Shown here piece by piece: positions 36,816 to 47,216 of a stretch of 64,000 nt of DNA (position 1 is its first letter; every line of letters starts with the position of its first letter). The stretch is from an uncultured Chloroflexia bacterium. GTDB lineage: Bacteria; Chloroflexota; Anaerolineae; Promineifilales; UBA4811. The position numbers were made by a program, and so were the translations under genes. The stretch spans positions 512,072 through 576,071 of the forward strand of contig CAVPPE010000003.1 of assembly GCA_963707345.1 (NCBI GenBank), given 5' to 3'. Under the pieces are notes generated by a model that saw only the letters and a list, made by a program, of their open reading frames with translations, had not been told where the DNA came from and did no database searches.

Positions 36816-37474
36816 CGGCCAAACTCGGTAGGGGGTGATGAGCGATCAAAATGCACCGCCTGTACCTCGCCGCGCCAGTGGCGGAAGGCGTTGGGCACCC
36901 AACTGCGATGGCCGACGTCCAGCGGTGGCAGCGCGCCTTCGGGGAACCAGCCCATGTCCAGCTTTTCCCCTGCGTGGGTAGGCGGCAGTGGGTCCAGGCC
37001 CACCGGCCGGCAGAGAAAGCTGAGGTGGTACACGTGTTGACCCGGGAATGTCCTCACCGCCCGGGAGTTGTAGATGCCAATCAGCGCGACCGACTCAACT
37101 CGCCAGCCGGTCTCCTCGTGGCATTCGCGGGCGGCGCCCTCGGCCGCGGTTTCCCCTACGTCAAACGCGCCGCCGGGCGCTGCCCACAGACCGCTGTCGG
37201 CCCGCTGAATGAGCAGGATTTCCCCGGCCGGGTTGATGACCAGCGCATCTCCCATCACCATGGGGGTGTAATGGCCCAGTAGTTGCAGCAAAACTTGCTG
37301 CATGGCCAACGGCTCCCGGCCATCCACCAGGCTGAACATCTCGGCCGCAATCTGCCGCAGCCGCAGATAGTTGGCTTGGTCGTAGGGATTCTTGACGAAC
37401 TGCAGCCCGTTTCCACTGAGGGCGCGCAGCTCGTCGGCCCAGAGGGCAAGCTGTTGTGTGATGTCCATGGGCAT
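36812..37474 (-). CDS. NUDIX hydrolase with Nudix N-terminal helper domain
   Basis: N-terminus QQLALWADELRALSGNGLQFVKNPYDQANYLRLRQIA and Nudix box GGAFDVGETAAEGAARECHEETG. Confidence 0.8.
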   Translation of the reverse strand: MPMDITQQLALWADELRALSGNGLQFVKNPYDQANYLRLRQIAAEMFSLVDGREPLAMQQVLLQLLGHYTPMVMGDALVINPAGEILLIQRADSGLWAAPGGAFDVGETAAEGAARECHEETGWRVESVALIGIYNSRAVRTFPGQHVYHLSFLCRPVGLDPLPPTHAGEKLDMGWFPEGALPPLDVGHRSWVPNAFRHWRGEVQAVHFDRSSPPTEFGR

Positions 37475-37540
37475 AGTGTATCCAAGCGGCCGCTAAACGC
37501 CAAGTGGACGACCGCGCGGATCCTGTTACAATCGGCCGCC

Positions 37541-38599
37541 ATGTTGGACGCAGCGGCAGAATGCTTATTGGCCTGGTGGGATGCCGGGCACGATTCGTTT
37601 CCCTGGCGTGAGACGACTGATCCGTATGCTATCTGGGTGAGCGAGGTGATGCTGCAGCAGACCCAGGTGGGTACGGTGGTCCCCTATTTTGAGCGTTGGA
37701 TGGCCCGCTTTCCCACGGTGGAGGCGCTGGCATCGGCCGATTTGACGACGGTGCTTAAAGCATGGGAAGGGCTGGGCTACTACAGTCGGGCGCGTAATCT
37801 GCAGCGGGCGGCGCGGCAGGTGATGGAGGTGCATGCCGGCCAGTTGCCGTCCGAACCAGCAATCTTGCAGACGCTGCCGGGAATTGGCCGTTACACGGCC
37901 GGGGCAATTGCCAGCATAGCGTTTGGCCGGCCGGCGGCTGTGGTGGACGGCAACGTGACCCGCGTGCTGTCCCGGCTGGCTGATCTGGAGGGCGACGTAA
38001 CCCGCGCGGCGACAAAACGCGAACTCTGGTTACTGGCCGAGTCACTGGTGCCATCCAACCGGCCGGGGGATTTCAACCAGGCGCTGATGGAGTTGGGGCG
38101 CACGGTCTGCACACCGGCCCGGCCGCAGTGCCACCTCTGCCCGCTGAATGCGCAGTGCAGGGCGCGGGCCCGCGGTACGCAACTGGATCGGCCGGTGCGG
38201 CCGCCGCGCAAGCGAGTACCCTATCACACCGTCACGGCCGGGGTGATCTGGCACAATGGCAAGGTGCTAATTGCCCAGCGGCCGGTGGACGATATGCTTG
38301 GGGGGCTGTGGGAGTTCCCTGGCGGCAAGCTGCAAACGGGGGAGACGCTTCCGCAATGTCTGCAGCGCGAGATCCGCGAAGAGTTGGGGTTTGAGATCGA
38401 GGTGGGAGAGTTGCTCACGGTGATCCAGCATGCCTATACTCACTTTCGCATCACGTTGCATGTGTTCTGCTGCCGGTACGCGGCCGGGGAGCCACGGGCG
38501 CTGGAAGTGGCTGACTGGAGCTGGGTCACGCTGGGCGAGTTGGATGCTTTTCCCTTTCCGGTGACCGATCAACAGATCATTGACGCCTTGCGGACCTAA
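37541..38599 (+). CDS. mutY: A/G-specific adenine DNA glycosylase
   Basis: FPWRETTDPYAIWVSEVMLQQTQV, HhH-GPD (LPGIGRYTAGAI), Fe-S loop CTPARPQCHLCPLNAQC and a C-terminal MutT-like domain (WEFPGGKLQTGE...REIREELG). ATG at 37541. Confidence 0.9.
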   Translation: MLDAAAECLLAWWDAGHDSFPWRETTDPYAIWVSEVMLQQTQVGTVVPYFERWMARFPTVEALASADLTTVLKAWEGLGYYSRARNLQRAARQVMEVHAGQLPSEPAILQTLPGIGRYTAGAIASIAFGRPAAVVDGNVTRVLSRLADLEGDVTRAATKRELWLLAESLVPSNRPGDFNQALMELGRTVCTPARPQCHLCPLNAQCRARARGTQLDRPVRPPRKRVPYHTVTAGVIWHNGKVLIAQRPVDDMLGGLWEFPGGKLQTGETLPQCLQREIREELGFEIEVGELLTVIQHAYTHFRITLHVFCCRYAAGEPRALEVADWSWVTLGELDAFPFPVTDQQIIDALRT

Positions 38600-38604
38600 T
38601 CCGG

Positions 38605-39426
38605 TTAGGGGTGGAAGGCGGCCAGGATACGGTCGATGCGAAAGGTGCGCTGGGCATTGCGCAGCCGGCAAAAAGCGATCAGATAGTCGTCGCCCCGGTA
38701 GTTGCCCAGGTAGTACGGCTCGATGATCCGTTCTGTGGTGATGCCGTCGTCGTCCAGGTAGCGGATGCCGATGGGGGAGCGGTTGCGGACCGCTTCTTCC
38801 AGCGGCGAGGGCAGGCTGATGGGAAAGGGGGGTGGAAAGTAGATGGGGCCACCCTGGGCGTGCATCAGGTCTCCCACCGTGTGGATGCCCCAATGGTTCA
38901 GGTCCTTGAGCATGCGGCGAAAGACCTGTGCGGTCAGCCAGGCATCGTTGCGGGCACGGTGGGTCCGGCCGATGCGAATACCCAACTGGCGGGCTACCTC
39001 TTTCAGATTGTTGCGCCCAAAGTGGTACCGCTGCCGGGCCAGTTCCAGCGTGCAGGCGCACGGATTGAGCAGCGGTGTACGGCCGGCCAGCGTCCATTCG
39101 GCGGCGATAAAGGTAGCGTCAAAAGAGGCATTATGGGCCACCACCAGCGCACCATCCAGCGTCTGGGTAATCCGGTCTGCGTGGTAGGCAAATGGATGTT
39201 TATCGGCTACATCAGCGTCGTAAATGCGGTTGACGCGGGAAGCGGCCGGGTCAATCGGCCGGCCGGGGTTGACCAGTTCGTCCAGTTGTGCGGTTTCCTG
39301 CCAATTCTCCAGGCGCAGAATCGCGATTTCGATAATCCGATGGCCCAAAGCCGGTTCCAGGCCGGTAGTCTCGGTATCCAGCACTGCCAGTGGAACCTGG
39401 TCGATCAATTGGTCTTGAAGTCTCAT
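38605..39426 (-). CDS. DEDDh 3'-5' exonuclease (DnaQ/epsilon-like) fused to a WYL-like C-terminal domain
   Basis: ExoI AVLDTETTGL, ExoII VVAHNASFDATF, ExoIII HRARNDAWL. The C-terminus IRYLDDDGITTERIIEPYYLGNYRGDDYLIAFCRLRNAQRTFRIDRI looks like a WYL domain. Confidence 0.8.
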   Translation of the reverse strand: MRLQDQLIDQVPLAVLDTETTGLEPALGHRIIEIAILRLENWQETAQLDELVNPGRPIDPAASRVNRIYDADVADKHPFAYHADRITQTLDGALVVAHNASFDATFIAAEWTLAGRTPLLNPCACTLELARQRYHFGRNNLKEVARQLGIRIGRTHRARNDAWLTAQVFRRMLKDLNHWGIHTVGDLMHAQGGPIYFPPPFPISLPSPLEEAVRNRSPIGIRYLDDDGITTERIIEPYYLGNYRGDDYLIAFCRLRNAQRTFRIDRILAAFHP

Positions 39427-39600
39427 GGTACACCTTTTCCAGAGGGCGTTCTTGTGATAAGCAAGACAGCCGTTGCTTGGGGGCTGTGTACTTGCTTGGC
39501 TCCTATTGTAAAGCGGGCGGACTCGGGTGTCAAACGCACGGCCGCGGGCCGTAGGCCCAAGGCAATTGCATCTTGGTCAATTGCTCCCACAAAAGGTGGA

Positions 39601-39644
39601 AAAGTGGGGGGGGTGCTGGGGGGCTTCGCCCCCCCACTTTTACT
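39601..39644 (+). terminator. Orphan strong hairpin with flanking T/A tracts (bidirectional terminator-like)
   Basis: A 10-12 bp stem AAAGTGGGGGGG/CCCCCCCACTTT (39601-39612 with 39629-39640). T-rich sequence follows on both strands. No CDS ends here. Confidence 0.4.
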
Positions 39645-39747
39645 TTCTTGGAGACTGCGTCACCGAAACTGGGTTGGAACAATCGCCCTGCCGTAGGCCA
39701 AAAGTCTGCTTGCCCGCCCCTGGTGGGGATGGTAAAATAAGCCGAGC

Positions 39748-39830
39748 GGGGCGGTGGCGGAATGGCAGACGCCGGAGACTTAAAATCTTCTGTCCACGCG
39801 GACGTGTGGGTTCGAATCCCACCCGCCCTA
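39748..39830 (+). tRNA. tRNA-Leu (anticodon UAA), class II with long variable arm
   Basis: Hand fold: acceptor GGGGCGG/CCGCCCT, D-arm GCG-GAATGGCAGA-CGC, anticodon stem GGAGA/TCTTC with loop CTTAAAA, variable arm TGTCCACGCGGACGT, T-arm GTGGG-TTCGAAT-CCCAC, discriminator A. CCA is not encoded. Confidence 0.9.
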
Positions 39831-39836
39831 CAGCAA

Positions 39837-39863
39837 GGGAGCGAGTTGGGTCGCCCCCTTTTT
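39837..39863 (+). terminator. Intrinsic terminator after tRNA-Leu
   Basis: Stem GGGAGCGA/TCGCCCCC (one mismatch) followed by T5 (39859-39863). Confidence 0.5.
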
Positions 39864-39919
39864 GGATGCCCGGCCAACTCATGGTTGGTAGAATGGTACA
39901 GTTGCTTGGAGGCTAATTG

Positions 39920-41470
39920 ATGCGCTTCTCCCGCACTGCAGGTGTGCTGGTCCATCCGACCTCGTTTCCCGGCCGCTATGGCATTGGAGATCTGGGTGAT
40001 GCGGCCTACGAATTCATTGATTTTCTGGTCGAAAGCAAGCAAAGTCTTTGGCAGGTGCTGCCGTTGGGGCCAACAGGCTATGGAGACTCGCCCTATCAAT
40101 GCTTTTCGGCCGTCGCCGGCAACCCGTTGCTGGTGAGTCCTGATTTGCTGGCACGCGCTGGTTACTTGCCGGCCGCGGCGTTGGACAAGGTGCCGGACTG
40201 GCCGGAACAGTGGGTGGACTTTGGACCGGTCATTGAATACAAGCAGCAACTGCTAGCTCAAGCCTTTGTCCATTTCCAGAGCTATGGCACGGTCGCGCAA
40301 CGGGATTCGTTTGACCGCTTTTGCCAGGAACAGGCTGGCTGGCTGGCTGATTTTGCTCTTTTTATGGCACTGAAGACGCATCACATGGCGCACCAGGGGG
40401 GAGTGTGGAACACCTGGCCGCGCGAGATTGCCCAACGCCAACCGGCCGCGCTCAAGCGATGGTCAAACAAGCTTGTGGAGCAGGTGGCCCAGTTTAGATT
40501 CCAGCAGTTTCTTTTCTTTGAGCAGTGGTCGGCATTAAAGGCCTATGCCAATGAGCGGGGCATCCGCATTATTGGCGACGTCCCCATTTTTGTGGCCTTT
40601 GACAGCGCTGATGTGTGGGCCAATCCGGAGCTTTTCTATCTGGCCGAGGATGGCAGTCCAACTGGGGTGGCAGGAGTCCCGCCGGACTACTTTAGCGAGA
40701 CCGGCCAGCGCTGGGGAAACCCGCTGTACCGCTGGGACAGGATGGCGCAGGATGGGTATCGCTGGTGGGTGGGCCGCTTGCGGATGACCTTTGCCCAGGT
40801 GGACATTGTGCGGATTGATCACTTTAGGGGATTTGAGGCCTACTGGGAGATCCCGGCCGAGGAGCCGACCGCAGTCGTCGGCCGGTGGGTGAAGGGGCCG
40901 GCGGCCGGCTTTTTCCAGGCCATGCAGCAGGCTCTTGGGGCCGAGTTGCCCATCATCGCTGAGGATTTGGGCGTCATCACCCCCGAAGTTGAGGGGCTGC
41001 GCGACCAGTTTGACTTTCCCGGCATGAAGATCCTCCAATTTGCCTTTGGCGGCGAGAAGAACAACGATTTCCTGCCGCACACGTTTGCCCACAACTGCGT
41101 CGTCTATACCGGCACCCACGATAACGAGACCACCGTCGGCTGGTACCAGAATGCCAGCGAGGAGGAGCGCGACCATGTCCGGCGCTACCTGGCGCGGGAT
41201 GGGCAGGATATTGCCTGGGATATGATCCGGCTGGCCTATGCTTCGGTGGCAGATACGGCTATCGCCACCATGCAGGATTTGATGACCCTGGGCAACGAGG
41301 CGCGCATGAACTTTCCCAGCAAGGCCGGCGGCAACTGGCAGTGGCGGTACACGCGGGAGATGCTGACGGCTGGCATTGCACAGGGGCTGCGAGAGATGAC
41401 CGAGTTGTATGGCCGCGCGCCAGAGGAGGTTTCGGAGGAAGATACATCCGAGATAGAGGCGGCCGACTGA
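39920..41470 (+). CDS. malQ: 4-alpha-glucanotransferase (amylomaltase)
   Basis: RTAGVLVHPTSFPGRYGIGDLG, LPLGPTGYGDSPYQCFS, RIDHFRGF, IAEDLGVITPEV, YTGTHDNETTVGW. Confidence 0.92.
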   Translation: MRFSRTAGVLVHPTSFPGRYGIGDLGDAAYEFIDFLVESKQSLWQVLPLGPTGYGDSPYQCFSAVAGNPLLVSPDLLARAGYLPAAALDKVPDWPEQWVDFGPVIEYKQQLLAQAFVHFQSYGTVAQRDSFDRFCQEQAGWLADFALFMALKTHHMAHQGGVWNTWPREIAQRQPAALKRWSNKLVEQVAQFRFQQFLFFEQWSALKAYANERGIRIIGDVPIFVAFDSADVWANPELFYLAEDGSPTGVAGVPPDYFSETGQRWGNPLYRWDRMAQDGYRWWVGRLRMTFAQVDIVRIDHFRGFEAYWEIPAEEPTAVVGRWVKGPAAGFFQAMQQALGAELPIIAEDLGVITPEVEGLRDQFDFPGMKILQFAFGGEKNNDFLPHTFAHNCVVYTGTHDNETTVGWYQNASEEERDHVRRYLARDGQDIAWDMIRLAYASVADTAIATMQDLMTLGNEARMNFPSKAGGNWQWRYTREMLTAGIAQGLREMTELYGRAPEEVSEEDTSEIEAAD

Positions 41471-41473
41471 ATC

Positions 41474-41968
41474 ATGAAGCTGGGCATTCTTTCTGACACC
41501 CACAACGAGATTAGCAGAACTCGCGCTGCCCTGGCGGCCTTTCGTGCCTGGGGGGCGGACAAACTGGTCCACTGTGGCGATGTGAACAGGCCGGCCGTGG
41601 TTCAACTTTTCCAGGGTTGGGACACAGTTTTTGTGTACGGCAACCTGGACCGCGACAAGGGGGAACTGGATCGGGCGGTGGCGCAGGTGCCGGGCCCACT
41701 CTACATTGACATTACCTATGAGGCGATTCTGGCCGGGGTGCGGGTGGGGGTCTGTCACGGGCACGACCTTGACCTACTGGATGCGATGATCGGCAGTGGT
41801 GCATATGATCTAGTTTTGCACGGCCACACACACGCGCACCGCGATGAGCAGATAGACACTACCCGCGTCATCAACCCTGGCGCATTGGGCGGCCGTTACG
41901 TAGAGCCGCGTTCTGTTTGCATTGTTGACCTTGTTACCCTAGCAGCCGAGTTTGTCTATGTTGGATAG
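41474..41968 (+). CDS. YfcE/MJ0936-family metallophosphoesterase
   Basis: MKLGILSDTHNE, HCGDV, GNLD, CHGH, LHGHTH. Confidence 0.85.
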   Translation: MKLGILSDTHNEISRTRAALAAFRAWGADKLVHCGDVNRPAVVQLFQGWDTVFVYGNLDRDKGELDRAVAQVPGPLYIDITYEAILAGVRVGVCHGHDLDLLDAMIGSGAYDLVLHGHTHAHRDEQIDTTRVINPGALGGRYVEPRSVCIVDLVTLAAEFVYVG

Positions 41969-42977
41969 AACAGCTATCAAAGAAGAGTTTTTTGGTATTT
42001 TGACTGACGATGGCTTGGCGCTGGAGGCCACTCTGGTGCGCCCGGCCGGCATGCCGGATAGGAACGTGCAGGTGGTGCAGGTGTGGTTGCCCAAGTACCC
42101 GCTCACCCGCGGCAGCGTGCTGACTCTGGCTCGGCGCGATACGATAGCCACGGGTGAGCGCTCGCGCATGGTGAATTTGACCTTTGACCTGCGAGGGACC
42201 GGCGAAAGCGATGGCATCCCCAGCCCGGAAGGATTTGAAATCGACCTGCGGTCGGCGCACGAGTGGGCCAAGGAGCGGTTTGGCCACGACGTGGTCTTCC
42301 GCCCGTTGGGCTTTGCGGACCTGGGCGGCGCAAATCGGCTGGTCACCATCCCGTTGCGGCCGGGCGTGCTGTTGGAGCTGTATTGCTATAACTCGGTGGG
42401 GGCGAGCAAGGGCAATGTGCTCTATTTTTCCCAATACACCAGCTTTAACCGTGGCGACGATGCTCTTTGTCGCGAGGTTGCGGATGCGGGGTACACAGTG
42501 TATGGTGGGGATTTGGTGCGTTATCTACTGCTAGCGGGTCCTGCCACCCCAGAGGATTTGTGGGCGGACGGCCGGGCGTTGGCGCTGCAAATGGACCAAC
42601 CGCTCTATCTGGTGGCGCGGGCTTTTGCGGCCGGGCCGGCTATGGTGATGGCGGCCGGCGTACCAGCGATAACCGGGATAATTGTCACCGGCGTGGCGCA
42701 GGAGGGGTTGCAGCCGGCTCATCTCTTTGCGCAAGACAATCCAGCCCATTTCATGCTCTCGCGCCACATCAAAAAGGTGGGGCCTCGACCGATCATCTTT
42801 TTGTGGAACCGGGCTGAGGCCGGTCAGTTTCTTTCGGTGAGCCTCAAAGGGATATTCGAGTTGGCGGAGCAACCCCGTTTGTGGGGAGTGGTCGTGCATG
42901 TTGACTCGTCCATCCTGTTGAACGCACTAAACTGGCTGAAGGACAATGGCGCGTCGGCAGCCAGGGCCGGTGGATAG
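41952..42977 (+). CDS. Hypothetical protein (possible alpha/beta-fold, no clear nucleophile motif)
   Basis: 341-aa ORF with a coding-like composition. A DLRGTGESDG segment is reminiscent of alpha/beta hydrolases. Function unknown. Confidence 0.5.
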   Translation: MSMLDRTAIKEEFFGILTDDGLALEATLVRPAGMPDRNVQVVQVWLPKYPLTRGSVLTLARRDTIATGERSRMVNLTFDLRGTGESDGIPSPEGFEIDLRSAHEWAKERFGHDVVFRPLGFADLGGANRLVTIPLRPGVLLELYCYNSVGASKGNVLYFSQYTSFNRGDDALCREVADAGYTVYGGDLVRYLLLAGPATPEDLWADGRALALQMDQPLYLVARAFAAGPAMVMAAGVPAITGIIVTGVAQEGLQPAHLFAQDNPAHFMLSRHIKKVGPRPIIFLWNRAEAGQFLSVSLKGIFELAEQPRLWGVVVHVDSSILLNALNWLKDNGASAARAGG

Positions 42978-42993
42978 GGGGCCACGGACGAGT

Positions 42994-44457
42994 TTAGGGG
43001 GGAGCCTGATCCAATGCTCGTTGCGCCAACCTGGCGTAGCTGCCGAGCTGTGGGGTGCTGCATGCCCGGCAGGATAGGTCCAGCGCAATAGCCTGCTCAA
43101 AGGCTGCTCTTGCTTCCCGCCACTTTGACAGGCTAGCATACAATTCACCCAGGTGAAAATGGACGGCCGGGTTGGCGGGGTTGCCGCGCTGCGCCGCCAG
43201 CAAATTGGTCTCTGCCAACCTCGGCTGGTCGGCTGCCAGTTGGGCCCAACCCAGCATATCCAATGCGGCCGGATCCTGGGGTGCCAGCGCCACCGCTTTT
43301 TGTGCCGCTAGTAGCCCGCCTTCCACGTCTCGCAGCCCCTCCAGGTGAAAGCGTGCCAGCAGTTGCCAGAAGGCCGGCTCGCTCGGCGCCCGGCGGATGG
43401 CGGCTTGATACCACGCCTCGGCCGAAGCCAGGTCGCCTTCCAGTTCGTAGGTCAGCGCCACATCGGCCGCGTGGGCCGAGTTGTTGGGGGCTAGCTCCCA
43501 GGCGCGGAAGAACTCCGGCCGGGCTAGGTCCGGCCGGGCTGCGCCCAGCCAGTGACGCCCCATCAGGCTGTGGGCCAGCGGGTTCTCAGGTTGCAGTTCG
43601 ATGGCGCGGGCCAGCGCAGCCCGGCCATCTTTCCCCAACAGGTTCTGGGACGTTCCCAGATAGGCCCAGGCGTCGGCATAGCCGGGTTCAATCGCCAGCG
43701 CGACCTGAAACTGTTCCAACGCCAGGGCCGGCTCGCCAATCTCCAGGTAGGCCACCCCAATCCGGCCGGCTAGGTGGGCCGGCTCGGTGACATCCCGCAG
43801 TTCGTGAAGGTTTTCCAGCAGCAGGTCGCAGTGTTGCCGGAAGAGGGGATTGTTCCGTGCCAGCATCAAGTGGCCCCGCGCTAGCTCTGGCTCTGATGGT
43901 AGCAACAGCACACCGGCCCACCAGTGCGCCTCGGTGTTTTCCGGATCCGCCTGTGCGATGGCTGCGTAAGCATGAGCAGCGGCCGGCCACTCTCCTTTGT
44001 GGAGGTGCGCAGGAGCCAGCTCGCGCCAGAGCGACGGCTCGGCCGGCTCGGCCGCGTAGGCCAGTGCCCACTGCTCGGCCGCGGCCAAGGTATCCCCCAG
44101 AGCCAGGGAGGTCTCCGCCAGCCCGCGCCGGACGGCCGGGCTAAATCCTTCGTAGGGTATGGCAGCTAGCCAGGCCAGGCGGGCGGCTTCGAATGCGGCC
44201 GGGTCGCTTGGCCCCTGTTGGGCCAATGCCAGTTGGGCCTGAGCGATCCGCACGGCTGCCGGTGCAATGCCGTCCGCGTGTTCGGCCGCCTGCCGGTACT
44301 GTTGCAGTGCCTCCGCCGGGCGGCCGGAGGCTAGCAGCGCGTCGCCTCGTGCCAGAGCAGTCGTGATGCTGATTGGGTTGGCAGTCAATCCCAACAGCAA
44401 GATCAGGCCGATCACCAACAGCAAGCCAAGCCAGCGGCTGGTCATCTGGTCTCCCAT
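42994..44457 (-). CDS. Membrane-anchored TPR-repeat protein
   Basis: N-terminal TM (WLGLLLVIGLILLLGL) followed by many 34-aa-type helical repeats (e.g. AEAWYQAAIRRAPSEPAFWQLLARFHLE). Confidence 0.75.
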   Translation of the reverse strand: MGDQMTSRWLGLLLVIGLILLLGLTANPISITTALARGDALLASGRPAEALQQYRQAAEHADGIAPAAVRIAQAQLALAQQGPSDPAAFEAARLAWLAAIPYEGFSPAVRRGLAETSLALGDTLAAAEQWALAYAAEPAEPSLWRELAPAHLHKGEWPAAAHAYAAIAQADPENTEAHWWAGVLLLPSEPELARGHLMLARNNPLFRQHCDLLLENLHELRDVTEPAHLAGRIGVAYLEIGEPALALEQFQVALAIEPGYADAWAYLGTSQNLLGKDGRAALARAIELQPENPLAHSLMGRHWLGAARPDLARPEFFRAWELAPNNSAHAADVALTYELEGDLASAEAWYQAAIRRAPSEPAFWQLLARFHLEGLRDVEGGLLAAQKAVALAPQDPAALDMLGWAQLAADQPRLAETNLLAAQRGNPANPAVHFHLGELYASLSKWREARAAFEQAIALDLSCRACSTPQLGSYARLAQRALDQAPP

Positions 44458-44631
44458 GAAATTGCGTCAAAGATAATGTGCAAAATGTGATGCATGACGT
44501 TGCGTAAATTCCTCCAGCGATTATTATACCCAAAGGTCGGTGCCTGGCACTTTTTTGAGTGAGCTGAATTGAATCCTGCACGGTGCGGTCCCGGCCGGTC
44601 TGCAGGACGATTGCTCAAGTCTGTTGTTGTG

Positions 44632-44660
44632 TTGCTGGATTTGTACGTTTGGTGTATCAT
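44632..44660 (+). promoter_or_regulatory. Candidate sigma70-type promoter of the nuoB operon
   Basis: TTGCTG (44632-44637), 17-nt spacer, TATCAT (44655-44660), in a 313-nt AT-richer intergenic region. Confidence 0.3.
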
Positions 44661-44770
44661 TACTGCCGCTCTTGGGGTACTCAACCCCAAAGACTTGGTG
44701 TCAAATACAAGTGATGTGGCCTTGATCACAAGACTGGTCCCCCCGAAATTGACAGGAGATAGGAACACTA

Positions 44771-45418
44771 ATGACAGATGAGCTTTCGCATCCCAATATC
44801 CCTGTGCCTGATGATCTCAAGGGAACGGTAACCCTCGCCACCTGGGAAAAGTTTTACAACTGGTGCCGAGCCCGCTCCGTCTGGCCCATGATGTTCGGCC
44901 TGGCCTGCTGTGCCATTGAGATGGTCGCCATGGCTACCTCGCGCTTTGACTTTGCCCGCTTTGGCATGGAGGTCATGCGCGCCAGCCCGCGTCAGGCTGA
45001 CCTGATGATTGTATCTGGAACGGTCACCAAAAAGATGGTGCCGCAGATTGTGCGTCTGTACAACCAAATAGCGGAGCCTCGTTACGTACTGGCGATGGGT
45101 GCTTGTGCCAGCGGTGGCGGGCCATTCAAAGAGGGCTATAGCGTTGTCTCTGGCGTTGACAAGTACGTCCCGGTGGATGTCTATGTGCCGGGATGCCCCC
45201 CCACGCCGCAGGCTTTGATCTACGGGTTTATCAAGCTGCACGAAAAGATCGAGAATCAGCCGCGCCAGGAATACACCTGGTACCAGAACCGCGGCCAGGG
45301 CGAGGTTATCCCTGTGCCCGTCCTGGGGCCAGATATTTTTGACCCGCGCCAGATTCCCCTCATCAAGGCCGAAACTGCCAAGGCGCGTGCAGCGGCCGCC
45401 GAGACCGACAGCGAATAG
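44771..45418 (+). CDS. nuoB: NADH-quinone oxidoreductase subunit B
   Basis: [36 protein letters not shown] and VPGCPP supply the four N2-cluster cysteines. Confidence 0.93.
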   Translation: MTDELSHPNIPVPDDLKGTVTLATWEKFYNWCRARSVWPMMFGLACCAIEMVAMATSRFDFARFGMEVMRASPRQADLMIVSGTVTKKMVPQIVRLYNQIAEPRYVLAMGACASGGGPFKEGYSVVSGVDKYVPVDVYVPGCPPTPQALIYGFIKLHEKIENQPRQEYTWYQNRGQGEVIPVPVLGPDIFDPRQIPLIKAETAKARAAAAETDSE

Positions 45419-45434
45419 AGGAGAAGGTCCCCCC

Positions 45435-47216
45435 ATGAGCGAAAACTTGCATGTTGAAGCGGAAGCCTCCGAGCTGGAGACCAATGCAATAGAGCAGGCC
45501 TACCAGTTGCTGCAGCAAGAATTCCCCGGCAAGGTCAAGCCCGACGGCCGGGAAGGGTACGAGGGCGTCATTGTTGACGCGGACACGTTGCTGGAAGCGG
45601 CGACCTTTATGCGGGACAAGCTGGGCTTTGGCTATTTGTCGAGTGTCACTGGCGTGGATTACATCAACGACGGCTTGTTGGAATCGGTGTATCATGCGTA
45701 CAGCATGGAGGCCGCCGGGAGCGCATTGGTGTTCAAAGCGCAGGTAGCCCGCGACAACCCAGAAGTGCCCTCGCTGATCTCGGTTTGGCCGTCCGTCAAC
45801 TTCCAGGAGCGGGAAGCGTACGACATGGTTGGCATCCGCTATCAGGGCCATCCCAACTTGCAGCGTATTTTAACCTGGGAAGGATTCCACGGCTTTCCTC
45901 TGCGCAAGGATTGGAAAGAGCCGTACTTTGAAGAGGAACACAAGCCCTTTTCCAGCCGCCATCCCGAGGGGCATGTTTCCCGTGTCGAGGATCGCAATCC
46001 GTTTGGCAAGAATGTGCAATACCCACCGGATTTCGACCCAGACGAGTGGACAGAGGATATTGCCCAGCTTTCAGTTTACCAGACACTGGAGCGCAAGGCC
46101 CAGTCCGATGAGTTGGATACCGAGACATTGGTCATCAACCTGGGGCCGCAGCATCCCAGCACACACGGTGTGTTGCGCGTTGTTGCGGTGGTGGACGGGG
46201 AGACGATTGTTGACCTGATGCCGGTCTTTGGCTACTTGCACCGCAATCACGAGCAGATTGGCGAGCGATGTACCTTCCCCCAGATCACGCCCTACACGGA
46301 CCGGCTGGACTATATTTGCTCCATGTCCAACAACCTGGGTTATATCCTGGCGCTGGAAAAGTTGGTTGATGCCCGGCCGCCGGAGCGGGCAGAATACCTG
46401 CGCGTCATCATGGCCGAGTTGACACGCATCGTCAATCACATGCTGGCCATTGGCTTTCTGTGGAACGATGTAGGGGCCTTTTTCACCCCGGTGGTGTATG
46501 GTTTTAACGAGCGTGAGCTGATCCTTGACCTGTTTGAGATGGCGTCCGGTTCCCGCATGATGTGCAACTATATGCGGGCGGGCGGCGTGGCAGAGGACGT
46601 GCCGGATGGCTGGATGGAGAAGGCGCGGCCGGTGATCTTTGATCGCATGCCGCGTTTTGTGGATGAGTTGGAGCGGCTGGTCGTGGGCAACGAGATCTTT
46701 CGCGCCCGGTCGATCGGCGTTGGAATTCTTCCGCCAGAGAGGGCGATTGCGCTGGGAGCCACCGGGCCGTTGTTGCGGGGATCCGGCGTCCCGTACGACC
46801 TGCGGCGGGCAGAACCCTATTCCATTTATGACCGCTTTGATTTTGACGTAGCGGTGCGTTACAATGGGGACGTGTATGACCGTTTTATGATCCGGTTCGA
46901 TGAAATGCGCCAGAGCCTGCGGATATTGCAGCAGGCAATGAACCAGATTCCCGACGGCCCGATTCAGACCAGCAAGAAGAACTGGACCCTCAAAGTGCCG
47001 CCGGGCGAGGCATACCACCGGATTGAGGCCCCCAAGGGCGAACTGGGGTTCTATCTGGTCAGCGACGGCCGGTCGAACCCCTGGCGGTATCATGTGCGCT
47101 CAACCAGCATGATCAACCTGACGACGCTGGCAGAGATGTGCAGGGGCCACAAGATTGCAGATGTGGTGGTCATCCTGGGCAGCATCGACATTACTCTGGG
47201 AGAGGTGGACCGCTAA
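45435..47216 (+). CDS. nuoCD: NADH-quinone oxidoreductase fused subunits C/D
   Basis: ATG 45435. NuoC part ([19 protein letters not shown]). NuoD part ([15 protein letters not shown] ... [14 protein letters not shown]) with no NiFe-hydrogenase Cys ligands. Confidence 0.93.
   Translation: MSENLHVEAEASELETNAIEQAYQLLQQEFPGKVKPDGREGYEGVIVDADTLLEAATFMRDKLGFGYLSSVTGVDYINDGLLESVYHAYSMEAAGSALVFKAQVARDNPEVPSLISVWPSVNFQEREAYDMVGIRYQGHPNLQRILTWEGFHGFPLRKDWKEPYFEEEHKPFSSRHPEGHVSRVEDRNPFGKNVQYPPDFDPDEWTEDIAQLSVYQTLERKAQSDELDTETLVINLGPQHPSTHGVLRVVAVVDGETIVDLMPVFGYLHRNHEQIGERCTFPQITPYTDRLDYICSMSNNLGYILALEKLVDARPPERAEYLRVIMAELTRIVNHMLAIGFLWNDVGAFFTPVVYGFNERELILDLFEMASGSRMMCNYMRAGGVAEDVPDGWMEKARPVIFDRMPRFVDELERLVVGNEIFRARSIGVGILPPERAIALGATGPLLRGSGVPYDLRRAEPYSIYDRFDFDVAVRYNGDVYDRFMIRFDEMRQSLRILQQAMNQIPDGPIQTSKKNWTLKVPPGEAYHRIEAPKGELGFYLVSDGRSNPWRYHVRSTSMINLTTLAEMCRGHKIADVVVILGSIDITLGEVDR

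Noticed and set aside
39527-40249. ORFs 39527-39916(+) and 39530-40249(-) in the tRNA region
   Set aside because: Both run through the tRNA-Leu gene and, for the second, through the malQ 5' end. Their composition is non-protein-like and neither has an RBS.
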